Below are positions 54,462 to 64,000 of a stretch of DNA of 64,000 nt, one piece after another (position 1 is the stretch's first letter; every line of letters starts with the position of its first letter). Position numbers and translations under genes: made by a program. The stretch comes from Octopus sinensis (Eukaryota): the NCBI RefSeq assembly GCF_006345805.1, contig NC_043010.1:5332001-5396000 (forward strand), given 5' to 3'. The notes under the pieces are model-generated. The model saw only the letters and a list, made by a program, of their open reading frames with translations, was not told where the DNA came from and did no database searches.

Positions 54462-54619
54462 CTGTGGAAAACTTCCAACACCTTCTAATTTGATAGAGTT
54501 ATTTGAGGGTCTTTGCCAGTTTCAATAAATATTACAAAACTTCACATGTTTGAGTATTACTTCTCAACATTTTGCTTGCAAAATTTTTTTATAACACAAA
54601 GTACAAAGATATATTTACA

Positions 54620-55029
54620 GCGCAGGAGTGGCTGTGTGGTAAGTAGCTTGTTTACCAACCACATGGTTCTGGGTTCACTCCCACTGCGTGGTATCTTGGG
54701 CAAGTGTCTTCTACTATAGCCTCGGGCCGACCAAAGCCTTGTGAGTGGATTTGGTAGACGGAAACTGAAAGAAGCCTGTCGTATATATGTATATATATAT
54801 ATATATATGTGTGTGTGCGTGTATGTTTGTGTGTCTGTGTTTGTCCCCCTAGCATTGCTTGACAACCGATGCTGGTGTGTTTATGTCCCCGTCACTTAGC
54901 GGTTCGGCAAAAGAGACCGATAGAATAAGTACTGGGCTTACAAAGAATAAGTCCTGGGGTCGAGTTGCTCGACTAAAGGCGGTGCTCCAGCATGGCCGCA
55001 GTCAAATGACTGAAACAAGTAAAAAGAGT
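54620..55029 (+). mobile_element. SINE family A, young copy
   Basis: Near-consensus full-length copy. Confidence 0.9.
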
Positions 55030-55044
55030 ATATTTTTGTATCCA

Positions 55045-55680
55045 TCTTTTATCTTTTACTTGCCTCAGTCATTGAATGGCAGCTATGCTGGGGCACCACC
55101 TTGAAGGATTTAGTCAAACAAATTGACTGAATTACTCCTTTGATTTTAAATATTGTACCACTTCTATTGATCCCTTATGCTGAACCACTAAGTCATGGGC
55201 ACATAAACAAACCAACACCAGCTGTAAAGCAGTGTTAGGAGACAGACACAAAGATGTACACACATAGATATATACACCTGTACATACATACATACATACA
55301 TATATATATATTGTGTATATATGTATATATATATATATACACACAATATATATTATATATATATATACATATATATATATATCCATATATATATATCTAT
55401 CTATCTATATATATATACATATATATATATATATTATATATATATAATATATATATATATAGTATATATATATATAAATAGATAGATAGAGATATAGATA
55501 TATATATTATATATATATATACAATGAGCCTCTTTCTGTTTTTGTCAAACAAATCCACTCACAAGGCTTTGGTTAGCCCATAGCTATAGTAGAAGACACT
55601 TGCCCAAGGTGCCATACAGTCAGACTGAATCCAGAACCAAGTTTTTGGGATGCAAGCTTCTTACCACACAGCCACACCTG
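55045..55680 (-). mobile_element. SINE family A, older inverted copy with expanded internal (TA)n
   Basis: Reverse complement of the family A tail at 55045-55230 and of the head at 55525-55680. Confidence 0.8.
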
Positions 55681-55984
55681 ACCCTATACATATACTGGAG
55701 AATGTGTGAGATCCTTAGTACAGTTAGGTATATTTGAACAGTCCTTCACTCCCACACTGATTAACAAACACACCCAAATCCCATATATAAAATCACAAAA
55801 CCCCAAATCCTCAGATCTATTTGACAACAAATGTGAGAAGGTTCTGCCTTGAAGTTAACAAGAAAATTCTTTTTTGAAATTCTCCTCACCCAAGTTAACA
55901 AAGAACTTATTAGATCTATGAACTAAATTTTATATAAACTGATTAGAACTACCAGTGAAGTCATTCTTTTTTTCTTTTTTCAAG

Positions 55985-56060
<76 letters not shown>

Positions 56061-56172
56061 TGTATGTATATATATATATATAATATTTATAGTCTGATCT
56101 ATGCCATCATGGAAGATGAACGTTAAATACAATGATGACAATATACATATATATGTATATCGAATTCTTATA

Positions 56173-56389
56173 TATGAGGGGGTACTGAAAAGTTTCTGGC
56201 TTTCAGGGTTTTGTAAAAGGCCTGGCTGGAAGTCCATTCGTCTGAGTTCTTTTACTGGGATTAGAAAAACTGAAGGACTGCCACAATAAGTGTGTCTGAG
56301 AGGGGAATATTTTGAATAAAATCATAATTAACTGATTCTTCTGTATTTTCTGTTATCCAAAACCAGGAACTTTTCAGCACTCCCTTGTA
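56173..56389 (+). mobile_element. Mariner-derived MITE, complete
   Basis: TA-TGAGGGGGTACTGAAAAGTTTCTGGCTTT ... AAACCAGGAACTTTTCAGCACTCCCTTG-TA, with a remnant of the transposase C-terminus. Confidence 0.8.
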
Positions 56390-56398
56390 ACACACACA

Positions 56399-56430
<32 letters not shown>

Positions 56431-56581
56431 ACACAAACAACACACACACACAACACACACAAAACACACATACACACACACACACAACACACACCACACA
56501 CACACAACACACACACACACAACACACACACACACACACAACACACACACACAACACACACACACAACACACACAACACAC

Positions 56582-56630
<49 letters not shown>

Positions 56631-57042
56631 CACACTCACACACAACACACACAGACACATGAATACAAACACATACAGCAAAATTCTTTCGGGTCTTGTC
56701 TGTTAAATGCACTCACAAGACTTTTGGCAACTTGGGAATATAATTCTGAATCCGGAACCATGTGGTCGGGAATCAAGCGTCTTATCACACAGCTGTGTAT
56801 CCCAGTTTTAGAACGTTGCCTAAGAAAACCCAAGCAACCTAAGAAAGCATGGAGAAATCAGATCTAAATCAGTAATGATAATATCCTGCTAAAAGAGTAA
56901 TATACAGCAACTGCAGAAATGTTCAGAACAGATGTATGCTTAATTTGTATTGTAAAAGATTTTATGAGAGTACTTGAGAATTCGTTTGAAACCAACATCC
57001 CGCAAATGAGTAGGTGTAACAATTATGGAAATAGATTGCTTG

Positions 57043-57390
57043 TAATTTATAATGAAAATATTTCTTTTAAGCATAGTGATTAGCAGAGAGCTCAATAAAA
57101 GTGAACGTATCAGGTTTTAATCAATAATTTAATGATATATAAACATGTGTGTGTGTGTATACGTGTGCATATGTGTGTATATGTGTGTGTGTGTGTGTGT
57201 GGTGTGTGTGTGTGCGATGTGTGGGGATACAACTAAAATGAAATAATATTAAACAACAGAGTGAAATAAATGCAAAATACATCTTAGATCTTTATATATT
57301 CTATTGCTCTAAATCTGATCTTTTCCCACTTTTTATTGAGCTCCTTGCTAATCAATTTGCACAGAAGAAATATTGTCATTACAATTGTGA
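57043..57390. repeat. ~60 bp imperfect inverted repeat (MITE-like)
   Basis: GATTAGCAGAGAGCTCAATAAAAGTG pairs with CACTTTTTATTGAGCTCCTTGCTAATC, extending outward to AATGAAAATATTTCTT / AAGAAATATTGTCATT. Confidence 0.6.
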
Positions 57391-57556
57391 GTTATTTAAT
57401 TATATATATATGTATATATATATAATATATATATATATCCACATACACACAAAAAATTTATATATAAATATATGCATGGGTACATGTATATTGTAAATAT
57501 GTACACATATTTATATATGTGTGTATATGTACACATAATTATAAGTGTATATATAC

Positions 57557-57598
<42 letters not shown>

Positions 57599-57945
57599 AA
57601 ATGTGTGTGCACATGCACATCAAACTTGGCCTTGTGTGTATGTTTATGTATGCATGTCTCTGGTATGTATAAGTGTGTAATAACTGCATTTCATTCAAAC
57701 ATATATATATATATATATGTATATATAACATTCCATCTTTCACATTTCTAATTCATTCGCACTCACATGTACACACACACACACACACACACACAACACA
57801 CACACACTTCCCTAGTCTCTCTCTCTCTCCCTCTCTAATTCCTTTTTTTCTCTTCAGCTTCGTCTTTTCCTTATTTTTCAATCAATATGTATCAAACAAG
57901 CTCAGTAAAAGTAATTCTTCCATTCCTGTTGTTCTTCTTGTTACT

Positions 57946-57976
<31 letters not shown>

Positions 57977-58194
57977 ACGCTGACGGTGATGGTGCTAGTG
58001 ATGGAGAGGACCTGATTTATATATCGTTGTTCAATAGATAGAGAATTTACATCTCAATATAAAAGGGATCAATACCAGCAAAGGATTACTTCTTTCCATT
58101 CTGATTCGGTTCTTCTTATTCTTGTTGCGGTCTTTTTTTCTCTCTTTCTTTTTTTCCTTTTCGTTTTCTTGTTCTTATATTCCAGCTTCTTTCT

Positions 58195-58265
58195 CACATT
58201 CATCATCATTCCCAACATCATCATAACTACCACCACAACCACCACCACCACAACCACAACCAACA

Positions 58266-58296
<31 letters not shown>

Positions 58297-58361
58297 TGTC
58301 ATTCCCGTCATCATCATAACCACCACCACCACCACCACCACCACCACAACCACAACCAACA

Positions 58362-58392
<31 letters not shown>

Positions 58393-58712
58393 TGTCATTC
58401 CCGTCATCATCATAACCACCATCACCACCACCACAACCACAACCACAACCACCACAACCACCACCACCACCATCATCATCATTGTCATTTCCATCATCAT
58501 CATCATCGTCGTCATCATTGCCAGTTTCGTCATCATTATTTTTCACCAAAAACCACCATCGTTATTGTCATCACCCCTGTCATCGCCACCACCAGCATCA
58601 CAATCCACTACCTCCAGTAACCATCATCAACATTAATACCACAAATAGCAGTAATACCAAAACAACTATCACCATCACCATCACCATCATCATCATCACC
58701 ATCACCATCATC

Positions 58713-58744
<32 letters not shown>

Positions 58745-58749
58745 CATCA

Positions 58750-58760
<11 letters not shown>
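58195..58760 (+). repeat. (CAT)n/(CAC)n compound repeat with a higher-order unit of roughly 90-100 bp
   Basis: CATCATCATTGTCATT recurs at about 58288, 58384 and 58474. Confidence 0.8.
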
Positions 58761-58782
<22 letters not shown>

Positions 58783-59797
58783 ATCTCTTTATTTAGCTAT
58801 CTATCTATCTTTTACTGCAAGTTTATCTTTTCCTTACTATACACCACCCATTCTTTCCTCACCTTAGCATTCTTCTTCTTCTTCTTCTTCTTCTTCTTCT
58901 TCTTCTTCTTCTTCTTCTTTTCCTCCTCCTCCCTTTTCACCTCATCTGTCTTTCTTTTTCTATCCTTTTCTATTCGTTCTTAGATTATTTTTCCATATCT
59001 TTTGTTCTTAATTCTCTTTCTTATTTCATTATTTCATCGTGTGTGTGTGTGTGTGTGTGTGTATGAGGGTTTCTTCTTGGCCATCACTCTCACCACCACC
59101 ACCACCACAACAACAACTGCCACCAACACTAACATCACCTCCACCACCCACCACCACCAAGACCATCGCAACCACAATGCTCGTTCCCACCTCCTATTTC
59201 TCACCTTACACCACTACCCATCTACTTCTACTCAACTTCATGAATAATTCTCAGAGGTTTATTGCTTATCGAAACTTTTTCCAAATTTAGATTATCAAAG
59301 ACACTGTAAATCAATAGCATAAATTGTCTACTTACTATAAATGTGAAGTACCTTCAAATGTACAACTAAACCATCGTAAAACTTTACTCATTCATCGGGC
59401 TTTTCGGAAAGTTTTACATTTTTATATTTATTTTATCTTATTTTGTTTCAGTGCAGACATTTTCTTTGTTACTTGTTTATTTTTTTTATCTTTGTTTGTG
59501 TGTATGTGTGTGTTTGTTATGTTTCATTTTAGTTTTTGTTCTTGCTGCTGTTGCTATTGTTGTGTTGTTGTTGTTGTTGTTGTTTTTGTTGTTATGTATA
59601 TTTTTGGTATGGTCTTATGTTCTTTAGGATTTAAGATTTTTAGCTGAAATAATTCCTTTCCACTTTAAAACAATAAAAACAATAATAAACCTTTTTTGTG
59701 TGTTTGCTTTCTTTCTCCGTCTCTCCCTCCCCCTGTATCTATCTATGTATATATGTGTATGTGCGTGTATGTATCTATATCTATCAATCTATCTATC

Positions 59798-59832
<35 letters not shown>

Positions 59833-60020
59833 GCATACACACATATACGTGCACATACTCATACACAAATAGAAGAAATATATATGTGTGTATATTAATA
59901 ATATAAGCTGGGATTGAGTGAAATATTTGGTATTGGTAAATATATACATATGTATATATATATAAATATAGATATAGATATATATATATATAGAGAGATA
60001 TATATTTACGTATATATGTG

Positions 60021-60052
<32 letters not shown>

Positions 60053-60482
60053 TATATATACATATATATATATACATATATATATACATATATAAATATA
60101 TATATATACATTATATACATATATACATATATACATATATATATATATATTTATATACATGTTCATACACACACACACACACACATATATATATACAAAC
60201 ACACATATTCATACACATACACACAAACATGTATATATTAGTATATATATATGCATATATGTTAATTTTACATTCTAATAGAATAAAAATAACTTGGGTT
60301 AAAGGCATTTTATGGGTGCATGCACGTAGTGAGTGTGTGTCACTGCTTAAGTGTATGTGTTTCTATGAGTGGATATGTCTATGTTCCATTTATAAATTTG
60401 GCAATAATAATCCATTTATATATATATATGTATAGAGAGAGAGAGAAGTAGACAGACAGACAGATAGATAGATATGTATATA

Positions 60483-60523
<41 letters not shown>

Positions 60524-60608
60524 TCATGTGATGGTGGTAAATGAGCAAGAGATGAATGTCTCTAGTCTCCTGTGAAAAAAATATATATATATATGTGTGT
60601 GTGTGTGT

Positions 60609-60647
<39 letters not shown>

Positions 60648-62055
60648 ATAAACATGTAGATAAATATATATATATATGTATATATGTATATATGTCCAGT
60701 CATGGGGATATATTGCCTTACTTGGAAACAGTTGAGAGCTGATGGCAGGAAGGGCATCCATCTGTAGAAAAGTTGCCTCATCAAATTCCATCTGACTTAT
60801 GTTAGCATGGGAAAATGGGTATTAAAAGACAATAGTGCTTAGATAAAATAATTTTAGAAAAAAAAAGAAAAAATTAGAAAACAAATAAAAGAACCAGGTT
60901 GGTCATGGATGGAACAGCTTCTGTTAAAGAGGTTATCTCACTGAGGGTTGACTTGAGGCCGAGCATCAGCAATAGTTCTCTTATTCTATAAAATGTCCTT
61001 CAGAAACACATAAACGTCATAATTCATTTCTCTTCCTTGACATGTTTAACCAATAAGACTAATTATGAATTGATGGATACCTCTAGTTATTAATATGCGA
61101 ATAGAATGTACAGAACACACAGACGTTATTTGAGTCAATTTATTTTACCTGTGAATTATAAATTTTAATCATTTTGCAGTCAGCAAAATTTATCTGAAAT
61201 AGTGAAATTGTCCAAGTCAATTACCGAAATCTTGGGTTTCTAATATAATATTGATATGCATTCTTTAATTATTCTTTGTCATTTATCAAATTACAAACTT
61301 CATTCCAGTCAGGATGTTAGCAGGAATATCAGATTTATGACACAAGCTCATAATAGGCTTGGAACGTGAAGAAAATGGTAATAAACTTTGAAAAGTTCCA
61401 AAAGAAAATTAATTAAGAGTACTACGGTTTACGTTATGTAACTAAAGAAGGATGTCGTTGAAGAAAACGAAGTAAAAAGAGAAAAAGTTTATAGAACACG
61501 GTAAATTTCTTGATATCATTATTAGCATGTTTCTTTACTTAGAAACCAAATCTTATACTGTTTATTCCAACAGTAGACTATCGTATTTGTTCACTACAAC
61601 AACAGCTGTTTTAACTAGTAACTTTCTTCTTCTGATCCAGCAATCGGCTGTCCCTCAAGTGTAACACATTTGCAATCTAAGTATGCTGTTTAATATAGAA
61701 TTCCAAATTGGTAAGAATGATAACACTTGCCAATACACACAAGAAATGAATTCAGCTGTTGGACTCTCACACCAAATAAATTATTCTATTCAGACACTTC
61801 TGTAAATAATTCACAATTACATGTAATTGCTGTTTCTATTTCTTCACTGTGATTTCACTATTTTCTGACAATTTCCAAGAAACTCCACTATAATCCTTCT
61901 CTTCTGAGACAATTCCCATTGAATATAGCACAGAAGAAGTATATAAACAACACTAAATTTGACTGCAGAATTCAATAGCAGTTATAATAGCACAGCTAAC
62001 TGGCCCATGGCTGTTTTCAGAAGAGTCCACTGTCACAAACATATGAGCCAAATAT

Positions 62056-62097
62056 CTAATTCGAGGACAACTTCTCATAGGCATTGCCTTTCTTTCT
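62056..62097 (-). CDS. Candidate terminal coding exon of an upstream gene (RKKGNAYEKLSSN*), followed by ~1 kb of 3' UTR-like sequence
   Basis: Acceptor TTTTTATCTTTTATTCAG|. The phase-0 frame gives a basic stretch plus YEKL. The following 61000-62055 has no recognisable repeats and has minus-strand AATAAA at 61561-61566 and 61139-61144. The phase is unknown. Confidence 0.25.
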   Translation of the reverse strand, partial: RKKGNAYEKLSSN

Positions 62098-62399
62098 CTG
62101 AATAAAAGATAAAAATAATGGTTCAGATTTTGGCACAATACCAACAAATACCTGGTGTTTTGGCACAATACCAACAATACACAATACTTGGAGCAGGTAA
62201 GTCAATTACATTGACCCCGGTGATCAACTGGTATTTATTTCATCGACCCTGAAAGGATGAATGGTATAGTCAATCTAAATAGAATTTGAACTCAAAACAT
62301 AAATCCAAAAGAAATGTCACTAAGTAATTTTATCTGCTATACTAATAAATACAGAAATAAGGCTGTCAAAAATTCATTGAAATTATCATTAAAAGTTGT

Positions 62400-63470
62400 A
62401 GCATCTAAGGTGGTGAACTAGCAGAATTGCTGGCACACCAGGAAAAATCCTTAGCAGCATTTTGTCTGCCTTTGCATTCTGGGTTCAAGTGCTGCTGGAG
62501 TCAGCTTTGCTTTTCACCCTTTCAGGGTTAATAAAATAAGTACCAGTTGAGAGATGGGCTCAGTGTTATCATCTTACTCCCTCCCTTGAATTTTCTTACC
62601 TTGTGCCAAAATTTGAGATCAACATTAGAAGCATCTAAAGTGGCAAACTGACAGAATCATTAACAAGCATTAAAGTGGTAAGCTGGCAGAAGCGTTAGCA
62701 CGCCAGGCAAAATGTTTAGCAGTATTTTGTCTGCCTTTATGTTTTGAGTTCAAATTCTGCCATGGTCGACTTTGCCTTTCATCCTTTCAGGGTCGATAAA
62801 TTAAAGTACCAGTTATGCACTGGGGTTAAATAATCGATTTAATCCGTTTGTCTGTCCTTGTTTGTCCCCTCTGTGTTTAGCCCTTTGTGGGTAGTAAAGA
62901 AATAGGTATTTTGTCTGCCTTTACGTTTTGAGTTCAAATTCCGCCAAGGTCGACTTTGCCTTTCATCCTTTCAGGGTCGAAAAATTAAGTACCAGTTACG
63001 CACTGGGGTCGATGTAATCGACTTAATCCCTTTGTCTGTCTTTGTTTGTCCCCTCTGTGTTTAGCCCATTGTGGGTAGTAAAGAAATAAGTATTTTGTCT
63101 GCCTTTACGTTTTGAGTTCAAATTCTGCCAAGGTCGACTTTGCCTTTCATCCTTTCAGGGTCGATAAATTAAATACCAGTTACGCAGTGGGGTCGATGTA
63201 ATCGACTTAATCCCTTTGTCTGTCCTTGTTTGTCCCCTCTATGTTCAACCCCGTGTGGGCAATAAAGAAATAAGAATCATTAACAATCTGGGTAAAATGC
63301 TTAGCAGCATTTATCCATCATTGTGTTCTGAGTTCAAATGCTGCCAGAGTCGACTTTACCTTTCATCCTTTCAGGGTCGAATAAATAACTAGCAGTTGAG
63401 TACTGGAGTTGGTATTATCAACTTATCTCCTCACCTGATATTGCTGGTCTTTTCCACAATGGGAAACCAA
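62400..63470 (+). mobile_element. SINE family B cluster including three ~184 bp tandem bodies (62722-63272)
   Basis: GTATTTTGTCTGCCTTTA(T/C)GTTTTGAGTTCAAATTC starts at about 62722, 62907 and 63090. Confidence 0.9.
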
Positions 63471-64000
63471 TATTTGTAGCTCTTTCTTAACAATTATTTC
63501 TAACATTAGTAAAAAAAAAAGTTATTTTGTAGGACAGGTGTTGCTGATTATATTACTTCTAATACTTGACTGGTACTCTATTTTATCAACCTCAGTGGCA
63601 TGAAAAGTAAAGCTTACCTCAGACAAGATTTGAACAAAGAATTTAAAGAACCAGAATAAATATGGAGAGGTATTTTGCTTGATGTTCTTACAATTCTCCC
63701 AATCCACCAACTTTACCATTTTTTGAAAAAATAATATCCATTTTTAACACTGGCGCAAAATTTGGTGAGGGGGGATACTGTCAATTGAATTGATCTCAGT
63801 ACCTGGAAGGGTGAAAGGCAGAGTTAACTGTGACCAGTTTTGGACTCAAAACTTCAAGACATAACTAAAAACTGAGACTTTTGTTTTGCCTAAAACTCTC
63901 AAGATTTCTTCAATGATTGGACACAAGGTGCTACAAAATTTGGGAAAAAGTATAATCAATTAAACTAGTTCCAGTAATTGGTTACAAATGTTGGCACAAG

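Noticed and set aside
588-60791. Dozens of ORFs rich in YI, HT, CV, poly-I, poly-M, poly-V or poly-T
   Set aside because: They are translations of (TA)n, (CA)n, (ATT)n, (GAT)n and (GGT)n microsatellites, which lack stops in some frames.
62722-63272. Regular repeats superficially like a CRISPR array
   Set aside because: Eukaryotic SINE bodies repeated whole, with no unique spacers and no cas genes.

Overview
AT-rich, microsatellite- and SINE-dense animal DNA. The protocadherin features and SINE types point to a coleoid cephalopod, most likely Octopus (inference). The one well-supported protein-coding gene is a minus-strand protocadherin. One large exon (36822-34414) encodes the signal peptide, six cadherin repeats, the TM helix and the proximal tail. 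Two downstream cytoplasmic exons absent from the ORF track (11978-11834 and 10947-10679) join in frame across 22.4 kb and 0.9 kb introns, giving about 940 aa. Nearly all other listed ORFs are translations of (TA)n, (CA)n, (AAT)n or (GAT)n repeats, or of TEs. The rest is tRNA-derived SINEs of several families, decayed LINE and Penelope fragments, mariner- and piggyBac-type MITEs, a non-autonomous Helitron, a near-identical 1.24 kb tandem duplication and a 100-N gap. The most unusual signal is seven type-I hammerhead-ribozyme-like motifs at six loci: one at the apex of a ~370 bp fold-back element, a pair in a retrozyme-like ~327 bp tandem repeat, and four in short elements sitting in (TA)n tracts.
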